A DNA stretch of 32,000 nucleotides, taken from the NCBI RefSeq assembly GCF_000155895.1, contig NZ_DS995298.1, positions 660,001-692,000 of the forward strand, given 5' to 3'. The notes beneath the pieces are model-generated. The model was not told where the DNA came from. It worked only from the letters and a program-made list of their open reading frames with translations, and made no database searches. Both the position numbers and the translations under genes were made by a program. This document shows, piece by piece, positions 1 through 7,418 of this stretch. This DNA is from Candidatus Pelagibacter sp. HTCC7211. Its GTDB lineage: Bacteria > Pseudomonadota > Alphaproteobacteria > Pelagibacterales > Pelagibacteraceae. Within the stretch, counting starts at the first letter, position 1. Every line of letters starts with the position of its first letter.

Positions 1-41
1 ACTAGATCTGAAATTTGTGTACCAGAAGGTGCTAGTTTAAA

Positions 42-617
42 TTAATTTTTTATTCTCCTAAATTTAAATCTAAACAGTAAAAGAATTAGTATAATTACTG
101 CATAAATTAATGGTTCAGTAAGGTCTTTTTTAACAAGCCAAATAAAATGTGTTACACCAAGTATCGCAATCACATAAATAAGTCTGTGGAGTTTCTTCCA
201 CTTATCTTTTAAATAAAACAATGCTTTTCTTGAAGAAGTAAGTGCAAGTGGCAGCAATAAAACCCATGCAGCAAATCCTACAAAAATAAATTTTTTAGTT
301 AAAATATCTTTTGAAATACTTTGAAAATCTAAGCGATAATCAATAACCACATAAGTTAGCATATGCAATGTTGCATAAAAAAAAATAAATAAACCAAGCA
401 TACGTCTAAAAGAAATCCAAATATTTAATTTTGTAATTTTTTTTAATGGAGACATGGATAAAGTAAAAATAATAAATAAGAGTGTCCATTCTCCAGTAAA
501 ATGAGTTATTTCTTTTACAGGTTCAGGTCCTAATTTATTAAATATAATTTTATAAAAAATTAAAACAAAGGGAATTAAACTTAAAAAAAAAATTGATGGC
601 TTGTAATACTTTTTCAT
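42..617 (-). CDS. msrQ: MsrQ/YedZ-like heme-binding membrane subunit of periplasmic methionine sulfoxide reductase
   Basis: 191-aa multi-TM ORF with His residues inside helices (LHMLTY, LHRLIY, THFIW). Its start overlaps the msrP stop in a TAATG junction at 617, the canonical msrPQ arrangement. Confidence 0.8.
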   Translation of the reverse strand: MKKYYKPSIFFLSLIPFVLIFYKIIFNKLGPEPVKEITHFTGEWTLLFIIFTLSMSPLKKITKLNIWISFRRMLGLFIFFYATLHMLTYVVIDYRLDFQSISKDILTKKFIFVGFAAWVLLLPLALTSSRKALFYLKDKWKKLHRLIYVIAILGVTHFIWLVKKDLTEPLIYAVIILILLLFRFKFRRIKN

Positions 618-1522
618 TAAAAGTATTTTTTTAAATCCATACCTGTATATAAGTTAGCAACTTCATCTCCATAACCGTTAAACATTAAAGTTTTAACTCT
701 TGGAGCCCAAATACCTTCACCAATTATTCTTTCAGTCGCTTGTGACCATCTTGGATGATCAACATTTGGATTAACATTAGAATAAAAACCATATTCTCTT
801 GGTGATGCCCACATCCATGATGAAGTTGGCATTTTTTCTATAAGCTTGATTTTAACAATAGCCTTTGCACTCTTAAAACCGTATTTCCAAGGAATAAAAA
901 TTCTAAGAGGTGCACCATTTTGATTGGGAAGTTCTTTATTGTATAAACCTGTAACCACAGTAGTCAATGGGTGCATAGCTTCATCAATTCTTAATCCTTC
1001 TTTATAAGGCCAATTTAGGACCGGATATCTTTGACCTTTCATTTGCTCAGGATCATAAACGCTTTCAAATGCAACAAATTTTGCTTTACTGGTTGGATTA
1101 ACTTTAGAAAGCAATTTACTTAATGAAAAGCCCATCCATGGAATAACCATTGACCAACCCTCAACACATCTTAATCGATATATTCTTTCTTCTGAAGTGA
1201 ATGATTTCGAAATTTCGTCCATTGATATTTTTATTGGTTTTTCAACTTCACCTTCGATACTTATTTCCCAAGGTTTTGTTTTAAAGTTTTTTGAATTTTT
1301 GTATGGGTCACCTTTAGAGGTACCAAATTCATAATAATTATTATAAGTCGTAATATCTTTATAACTTGTAAGATTATTTTGTTCGTTTCCAATAGCGTTA
1401 TTTAAAAAAGGTAGTGAGCTTATAGCTAAAGAGCCAGCACCAAAACCTATAGATTTCACAAAAGATCTTCTATTATTATAAATTTTTTCTGGAGTAATTT
1501 CTGAATATTTAATTTTTTTCAT
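617..1522 (-). CDS. msrP: MsrP/YedY-like molybdopterin-dependent periplasmic protein-methionine-sulfoxide reductase
   Basis: 301 aa. N-terminal twin-arginine signal (NRRSFVKSIGFGAGSLA). Oxidoreductase molybdopterin-binding-type core (RLRCVEGWS, GAPLRIFIPWKYGFKS). Lies between the moa genes and msrQ. Confidence 0.9.
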   Translation of the reverse strand: MKKIKYSEITPEKIYNNRRSFVKSIGFGAGSLAISSLPFLNNAIGNEQNNLTSYKDITTYNNYYEFGTSKGDPYKNSKNFKTKPWEISIEGEVEKPIKISMDEISKSFTSEERIYRLRCVEGWSMVIPWMGFSLSKLLSKVNPTSKAKFVAFESVYDPEQMKGQRYPVLNWPYKEGLRIDEAMHPLTTVVTGLYNKELPNQNGAPLRIFIPWKYGFKSAKAIVKIKLIEKMPTSSWMWASPREYGFYSNVNPNVDHPRWSQATERIIGEGIWAPRVKTLMFNGYGDEVANLYTGMDLKKYF

Positions 1523-1961
1523 GAAGTATAGGGTTTCCTTTTAACCAAGAACTTTTATCATTAACGTAATGTTCTTTTTTCCATATAGGTGATCTTTTCT
1601 TAATTTCTTCAATAATATATCTTGATAAAACATATGCTTCATCGCGATGTTTGCAGGCAACAGCAATAACAATGCTTATTTCTCCAAGTGTTAAATAACC
1701 TTTGGCATGTTCAATAAATACTGATTTATTTTTGATATTTAATTTTTCATTAGCTTCATCATAAATTTCCTCAAAACTCTTGAGAACAAGCTCATCATGA
1801 CTATCATAAGTAATTCCAGTTACAATTTGATCATTATTTTGATTACGGACTGTGCCAGTAAAAAAAATTGAAGCACCGTAGTCCTGTGATGAAATAAAAT
1901 TTTCTGCTTTTTGAATTGATAACTTACTATCTTTTACATCAACTATTTTAGTGTGAAGCAT
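1509..1961 (-). CDS. moaE: Molybdopterin synthase catalytic subunit MoaE
   Basis: 150 aa, MoaE-like pattern (GASIFFTGTVRN, SPIWKKE). TAATG overlap with moaD and a 14-nt overlap with the msrP start. Confidence 0.85.
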   Translation of the reverse strand: MLHTKIVDVKDSKLSIQKAENFISSQDYGASIFFTGTVRNQNNDQIVTGITYDSHDELVLKSFEEIYDEANEKLNIKNKSVFIEHAKGYLTLGEISIVIAVACKHRDEAYVLSRYIIEEIKKRSPIWKKEHYVNDKSSWLKGNPILHEKN

Positions 1962-2230
1962 TAACCTCCTCCAATAGGGGGTATAATAGCAATTTTTTCA
2001 TTTTTTGTTATTTTATAATTGTCGCTCACAATATTATTGTCTTCGGAACAAAATGCTGATGAAATTACGATTTTTTTATAATTTTCATTTCCATTAAAAT
2101 TATTATCCAAATAATCAATTAATTTTTTTCTTACATCCTTAATGGTCGAATTTTGATCTAAATCAAAATGTAAAAAATTTTGATTACTGAAGTCTCTGCT
2201 AGCACCGAATAGTTCTATTTGTACTTTCAT
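1961..2230 (-). CDS. moaD: Molybdopterin synthase sulfur-carrier subunit MoaD (ubiquitin-like)
   Basis: 89 aa ending in PPIGGG, the C-terminal Gly-Gly typical of MoaD/ThiS carriers. Positioned immediately upstream of moaE. Confidence 0.75.
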   Translation of the reverse strand: MKVQIELFGASRDFSNQNFLHFDLDQNSTIKDVRKKLIDYLDNNFNGNENYKKIVISSAFCSEDNNIVSDNYKITKNEKIAIIPPIGGG

Positions 2231-2243
2231 TAACTTTTATGAT

Positions 2244-2789
2244 TTAAAATATATCTTTTAAAAATTCTGGAAGACCATCAGGGTTTGTCCATAAACCACT
2301 TTTTCCACCTTCTTTAATTAGTAATTTGATATTATCAATTTTAAGATGTGGATTGACTATTTTACTTAAATCGTAAATTGTAATTAATGCGGCATTCACA
2401 CCCATAATTGCTTCCATCTCAACGCCAGTTTTTGCAACAGCTGAAACAACACAAAAAACTTCAAGAGAATTATCTTTATCATTCATCATTATTTTTGTTG
2501 CAATATGGTCAATTGGCAAAGGATGACACAAAGGTATTAATTCACTTGTTTTTTTTACACCTAACACAGCAGAAATTTCAGCTAAAGTAGTTGGATCTCC
2601 TTTTGGCATTTTTTTATTGCTAATTAAATCAAACACTTGTTTTCCAACATAAATCTTACCTGAGGCTAATGCTCTTCTAAAAGTTTCTTTTTTTGAAGAG
2701 ACATTAACCATATTAAATGAATTTTTTTTAAAAATTTCATCTGCCCAATCTTTTAACTCATCTTTATTAATAACTTTTAAGTTTTTCAT
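2244..2789 (-). CDS. moaC: Cyclic pyranopterin monophosphate synthase MoaC
   Basis: MoaC core motifs (MVNVSSK..T.R.A.A.G.I, IPLCHPL, GVEMEA). The ORF track starts at a GTG at 2798. I prefer the ATG at 2789, which sits 1 nt after the moaA stop and is preceded by AGGTGG. Confidence 0.9.
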   Translation of the reverse strand: MKNLKVINKDELKDWADEIFKKNSFNMVNVSSKKETFRRALASGKIYVGKQVFDLISNKKMPKGDPTTLAEISAVLGVKKTSELIPLCHPLPIDHIATKIMMNDKDNSLEVFCVVSAVAKTGVEMEAIMGVNAALITIYDLSKIVNPHLKIDNIKLLIKEGGKSGLWTNPDGLPEFLKDIF

Positions 2790-2790
2790 A

Positions 2791-3783
2791 TTAACCACCT
2801 GTTGTTGACAAATTTTTTGTTAATCCTGTGTCACCAAGCTCCAAATAATGAGACTCTTTTTTAAGATGTAATTGTTTTAAAATAAGATCTACAAGCTCAT
2901 GTTTTTGATCATCTTTTTGTAATAAATGTCGAATGCTAATTCCAGTATTTCCAAACAAACATAATCTTAAGTCGCCTCTTGAAGTAATTCTTAATCTATT
3001 ACATGTTTTACAAAAATCTTTTGAATAAGGCGCAATTAAACCAAATTTACCTTTGTATTCTGGGTGAATAAAGTTTAATGATGGGCCCGCATCTTTCCCA
3101 AAAGTTTGATAAATCCAATTATTATTTTCTAAATAATCTCTAAATATTTTTGAGGAGACATGATTTTTTTTAAAATAATCTAAATTATCTCCAGTTTGCA
3201 TCAATTCTATAAATCTAAAATCTATTTCATTATTTTTTATAAAATTTCCAAATTTTTCAAAATCTTCACGTGTATCGTTTATATCTTTCAGTAAAACTGC
3301 ATTAACTTTGATGTTTTTGAAATTAAGATCTTGTAGGATTTTAATCCCTTCTAAAATCTCAGGAAGTCTGTCATGACTAGTAAGTTTTTTAAAAGTCTCT
3401 CTATTTAAACTATCTATACTAATATTAATTCCATCCAGTCCTAACTCATACAATTGTTTAGCAATTTTATTTAATCGGTAACCATTTGTGGTCATTGTTA
3501 TCTTTGGAATATTCGAATTTTGTTTCATATCTTTAAGAATATCAAAAAAATCTTTTCTAACCGTTGGTTCTCCACCTGTAAGCCTAATCTTACAAACACC
3601 CAATTCTGATAATGCTTTGGTTAATCTTGATATTTCTTCACCTGACATAAAACTTCTAGTATCACCTGGTGTTTTTTTGTACCCCTGTGGTAAACAGTAG
3701 GTGCATTTATAATTGCAGACATCAGTAATAGACAATCTTATATATGGAAATTTTCTTCCAAAACTATCTGTAAGTGTTTTCAT
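2791..3783 (-). CDS. moaA: GTP 3',8-cyclase MoaA (radical SAM)
   Basis: 330 aa. N-terminal radical-SAM CNYKCTYC cluster motif, a C-terminal second cluster region (CKTCNRLRITSRG.LRLC) and a C-terminal GG. Confidence 0.95.
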   Translation of the reverse strand: MKTLTDSFGRKFPYIRLSITDVCNYKCTYCLPQGYKKTPGDTRSFMSGEEISRLTKALSELGVCKIRLTGGEPTVRKDFFDILKDMKQNSNIPKITMTTNGYRLNKIAKQLYELGLDGINISIDSLNRETFKKLTSHDRLPEILEGIKILQDLNFKNIKVNAVLLKDINDTREDFEKFGNFIKNNEIDFRFIELMQTGDNLDYFKKNHVSSKIFRDYLENNNWIYQTFGKDAGPSLNFIHPEYKGKFGLIAPYSKDFCKTCNRLRITSRGDLRLCLFGNTGISIRHLLQKDDQKHELVDLILKQLHLKKESHYLELGDTGLTKNLSTTGG

Positions 3784-3817
3784 TGATGTTTTTTTATATT
3801 ATATTTTAAGATAAATC

Positions 3818-4654
3818 ATGGACAAAATTTTAACTAATGATCAAATTACCCAATTTAAAAACGATGGTGCAATATTTTTAAAAAATGCGTTTGATGTCGA
3901 TTGGATTAATAAACTAAAAAAAGGTATTGAAAGAGACATAAAAAACCCCAGCCCTAGATTTAAATCTCACACCATTGAAGAAAATGTTCCTAAATATTTA
4001 GAGGATTATTGGACATGGGATTTAGTTCCAGAGTTTAAGGATTTTGTATTCAATTCTCCATATGCAAAAATAGCTTCTGAATTGATGGAAGCAAAAAAGA
4101 TTAATTTGGTTATGGATAATTGGTTTTTGCGAGAAGCTGGTTCTAAATCTTCAACACCCTTTCATCATGATATTAGTTATTTTGATATGGATGGAACTAT
4201 GTGTGTTCTTTGGTTACCTCTTCAACCTACTGGTAAAAATGAAGGTGTGGTATGGGTAAAAGGTTCTCATTTATGGAATAAACTTTTTTTAAGAGTACTT
4301 TTTAAAGATGGACATAAAGTAGAGGGAAATGAATGTACAATTGATGGAAAAAAATATGAACTTCCACCAGATATTTTAGGCAATAAAGATAAGTATGAAT
4401 TTTTACAGTGGGATTGCCAATTAGGAGATGCTGTAATTTTTGATATGAGAACACTTCATGGAACACTTAGCTCATCAATTCCACAGAAGACTTTAAGTAG
4501 ATATACGTTAAGAGTTGCAAAAGAAGACACCAAGATTAATTATGTTGGTGATTGGACAAGTTTTAATTATCGTAATGCTATGCAGGATGGCGGTTATAAA
4601 GAAGGTGATAGTTTAGGGGGAAAAATGTTTCCTACTTTATATGAAGTTAATTAA
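3818..4654 (+). CDS. Phytanoyl-CoA dioxygenase (PhyH) family Fe(II)/2-oxoglutarate dioxygenase
   Basis: 278 aa. N-terminal LT..Q...F..DG motif, an HxD facial-triad candidate (FHHDISYF) and a distal His (TLHGT). Substrate unknown. Confidence 0.75.
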   Translation: MDKILTNDQITQFKNDGAIFLKNAFDVDWINKLKKGIERDIKNPSPRFKSHTIEENVPKYLEDYWTWDLVPEFKDFVFNSPYAKIASELMEAKKINLVMDNWFLREAGSKSSTPFHHDISYFDMDGTMCVLWLPLQPTGKNEGVVWVKGSHLWNKLFLRVLFKDGHKVEGNECTIDGKKYELPPDILGNKDKYEFLQWDCQLGDAVIFDMRTLHGTLSSSIPQKTLSRYTLRVAKEDTKINYVGDWTSFNYRNAMQDGGYKEGDSLGGKMFPTLYEVN

Positions 4655-4684
4655 CTTCCAATTTCTACAAACTGGAAGTTAATT
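4649..4684. terminator. Bidirectional hairpin between convergent genes
   Basis: 12-bp perfect stem AATTAACTTCCA / TGGAAGTTAATT with a 12-nt loop. It overlaps the PhyH stop and is flanked by A/T tracts. It lies between the convergent PhyH and GYD genes. Confidence 0.6.
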
Positions 4685-4691
4685 TAAATAA

Positions 4692-5018
4692 TTAACCAGC
4701 TGGCTTGTAACCAGACATTGATTTTGCAGCTTGTTCAGCAGCTTTATTCATGTCCATTTCTTCAAGGATAATCATATTTTCTACTGTGCCACTTGCCTCT
4801 ACGGCTAATTTAACACCAGCAAAGTTTTCAAAAGGCATATCACCAGATGTTACTGCACAAAAGTCATACTGACCTCTTGTTATAGCAAACGACTCTAATT
4901 TACCACCAGCAGACTCAGTTAATGCTTTTACTGCAGCTGATCTATCTTGAGTTGGATCTTTAATAAAACCTTGAAAAGCTTTCGGGGTATAATTTCCCAT
5001 AACAAAATATTTTGCCAT
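4692..5018 (-). CDS. GYD domain-containing protein
   Basis: 108 aa with a GYD-family pattern (KYFVMGNYT....G........R.AAV..L.ES.GGKLESF....G.YD). Preceded by AAAGGAAAA, an SD-like sequence. Confidence 0.7.
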   Translation of the reverse strand: MAKYFVMGNYTPKAFQGFIKDPTQDRSAAVKALTESAGGKLESFAITRGQYDFCAVTSGDMPFENFAGVKLAVEASGTVENMIILEEMDMNKAAEQAAKSMSGYKPAG

Positions 5019-5113
5019 AATTTTTTCCTTTCTTTATTAATTTGAAAGATTAAATCATATTTGTTAAGAATTTATTAATTATTTATTTATTTCAACTTAA
5101 GAGTTAGCAAATT

Positions 5114-6556
5114 ATGTACGAAAACTTTGGACAATTTATCGATGGCAATTGGTCGCCCTCTGAAAATGGAGAAACTTATGAAGTAATCAATCCTGCAACT
5201 GAGGAAGTTTTAGGTCATGCTTCAAAAGCTTCTTCTGCTGATGTCCAACGAGCATTACAGTCAGCCGAACAAGGATTAAAAGTTTGGAGAAAAATTCCAC
5301 CTTGGCAAAGGTCATATGTTTTGAGAAAGATCGCTGACAAAATGAGAGAAAAAAAAGATCTTCTTGCAAAATGGATGACTTTAGAAAATGGAAAGCCTTT
5401 AGCAGAAGGTATTGGAGAAACTAATGGAGCAGCAGATATTTTTGAATGGAATGCTGAAGAAACAAAAAGAATTTTTGGTCAAACAATAGAAAGTAGGTTT
5501 GAAGATACAAGAGTTCATGTGTATTACCAACCGGTTGGAGTTGTTGCTGCATTATCACCTTGGAATTTTCCTCTTATTTTAGCTGCAAGAAAAATTTCTA
5601 CAGCTCTTGCAGCTGGTTGTTCAGTAATAATTAAACCTGACACTATTACACCTGGCATAGTAATGGAATTAGTAGATATTTGTAGAGAATGTGGCGTTCC
5701 ACCAGGAGCAATTAATTTGTTATCTGGTGATCCACCAAGTATAGCCTCTCAATTAATTCAATCTGATATTATTAAAAAAATTTCAATCACTGGCTCAGTC
5801 AGAGTTGGAAAACTAATACTAAAACAAGCTGCAGATAAGGTTCAAAGAGTTACAATGGAATTAAGTGGCCATTCACCTTTTATCGTATTTGATGATGCTG
5901 ATGTAAAAAAAGCAACTGATATGGCAATTGCTGCTAAATTTAGAAATAATGGACAAGTATGTATTTCACCTAATAGATTTTATATTCATGAAAATAAGAA
6001 AAATGAATTTATAGATTTATTTATAGAAAAAACAAAAAAATTAAAAATTGGCAATGGTATGGATCCTGATACTCAATTAGGTCCATTAACAACCCAAAAA
6101 AGATTAAATGAAGTTGAAGCATTAGTTGAAAAAACTAAACAAGAAGGAGCAAAAGTTCTATTGGGCGGAAAAAGACCAGCTGGTTTTAACAAAGGATTTT
6201 TTTATGAACCAACAATTTTCGATGAGGTAAAAGATGACTTCACCATAATGAAAGAAGAACCCTTTGGACCTTTAGTTCCTATGTTATCTTTTAAATCTTT
6301 TGATGAAGTAATTGAAAGAGCCAATAATCATGAGCTAGGATTGTGTAGTTATGTTTGTACAAACTCAATGGAAACAGCTCATTTAGCATCTGAACAACTA
6401 GAGACAGGATCTGTTGCTGTTAATACAGGCTTTGTTGCAATTGCCGAAGCACCTTTTGGAGGAATTAAACAAAGTGGATATGGAAGAGAAGGTGGATCCA
6501 TGGCAATAAAAGATTATCTAAATGTTAAATACACTCATTTAGGTATAAAGGGTTAA
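5114..6556 (+). CDS. NAD(P)+-dependent aldehyde dehydrogenase (succinate-semialdehyde / 2-oxoglutarate-semialdehyde dehydrogenase-like)
   Basis: 480 aa. ALDH motifs: WNFP, AAGCSVIIKP, catalytic Glu region MELSGHSP, catalytic Cys region NGQVCISPNRF, EEPFGP. Confidence 0.9.
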   Translation: MYENFGQFIDGNWSPSENGETYEVINPATEEVLGHASKASSADVQRALQSAEQGLKVWRKIPPWQRSYVLRKIADKMREKKDLLAKWMTLENGKPLAEGIGETNGAADIFEWNAEETKRIFGQTIESRFEDTRVHVYYQPVGVVAALSPWNFPLILAARKISTALAAGCSVIIKPDTITPGIVMELVDICRECGVPPGAINLLSGDPPSIASQLIQSDIIKKISITGSVRVGKLILKQAADKVQRVTMELSGHSPFIVFDDADVKKATDMAIAAKFRNNGQVCISPNRFYIHENKKNEFIDLFIEKTKKLKIGNGMDPDTQLGPLTTQKRLNEVEALVEKTKQEGAKVLLGGKRPAGFNKGFFYEPTIFDEVKDDFTIMKEEPFGPLVPMLSFKSFDEVIERANNHELGLCSYVCTNSMETAHLASEQLETGSVAVNTGFVAIAEAPFGGIKQSGYGREGGSMAIKDYLNVKYTHLGIKG

Positions 6557-6572
6557 TTATTCTATTGCAAAA

Positions 6573-7415
6573 ATGAAGTTATTAAGAGTAGGTGAAAAAA
6601 ATAAAGAGACGACAGCTATCTTAGATCATCAAAATAAAATTAGAGATCTTTCAAAGCATTTTGATGATTTCAATCCAAACACATTAAATTTTAATACAAT
6701 AAATCAAATTAAAGAACTAGATCTTGACACATTACCTGAAATAGACCCTGATGTAAGAATAGGTGCTTGTATTTCAAATCCTGGAAATTTTTTTGCTATA
6801 GGATTAAATTATAAAGAACACGCAGAGGAAACTGGTGCAAAGCCACCTAAATTTCCAGTTGTGTTTAATAAATCTGTTCATTCAATTATAGGTTCAAATG
6901 ATGAAGTGATCATTCCAAAAAACTCACAAAAATTAGATCATGAAGTCGAAATAGCAATGATTATTGGAAAAAAAGCAAAAAGAGTTAATGAAGATAAAGC
7001 TCAGGAATTTATTTTTGGCTATTGTATTTGTAACGATATCAGTGAAAGAGAATGGCAAAAAGAAAAAGGTGGTCAGTGGGTAAAAGGTAAATCAGGAGAC
7101 ACATTTGGACCTCTTGGACCTTATTTAGTAACAAAAGATGATATTAAAGATATTGATAATCTAAATCTTTCATTGGATGTAAATGGCAAAAGGCATCAAA
7201 CAGGCAACACCAGTTTAATGATATTTAATTTTAATTACTTAATTTCGCATTTAAGTAATTTTATAACTTTAATGCCTGGAGACATTATTACCACAGGTAC
7301 ACCACCAGGTGTTGGGCTTGGAATGAATCCGCCTCAATTTTTGAAAAATGGAGATGAAATGCATTTAAAGGTAGATTATTTAGGAGAACAAAAATCAACA
7401 GTAATTTCAGAATAA
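6573..7415 (+). CDS. Fumarylacetoacetate hydrolase (FAH) family protein (acylpyruvase / oxaloacetate decarboxylase / 2-keto-acid hydratase type)
   Basis: 280 aa. A short N-terminal domain followed by a FAH fold with metal-ligand pattern HEVEIAMIIGKK ... CNDISERE ... KGKS.DTF.P.GP ... PGD.I.TGTP.GVG. Confidence 0.85.
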   Translation: MKLLRVGEKNKETTAILDHQNKIRDLSKHFDDFNPNTLNFNTINQIKELDLDTLPEIDPDVRIGACISNPGNFFAIGLNYKEHAEETGAKPPKFPVVFNKSVHSIIGSNDEVIIPKNSQKLDHEVEIAMIIGKKAKRVNEDKAQEFIFGYCICNDISEREWQKEKGGQWVKGKSGDTFGPLGPYLVTKDDIKDIDNLNLSLDVNGKRHQTGNTSLMIFNFNYLISHLSNFITLMPGDIITTGTPPGVGLGMNPPQFLKNGDEMHLKVDYLGEQKSTVISE

Positions 7416-7418
7416 ATC

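Noticed and set aside
1-45. Frame 1 is open on the plus strand from the window edge to a TAA at 43-45 (…TRSEICVPEGASLN*). It could be the 3' end of a convergent gene overlapping msrQ by 4 nt.
   Set aside because: Only 14 codons are visible, far too little to support a call.
5609-5628. A 20-nt identical stretch, GCAGCTGGTTGTTCAGTAAT, is shared by the two aldehyde dehydrogenase genes (5609-5628 and 25950-25969). I considered recent recombination or a repeat.
   Set aside because: It encodes the universally conserved ALDH motif AAGCSVI. The nucleotide identity is explained by identical amino acids plus strong codon bias, and the flanks diverge immediately.
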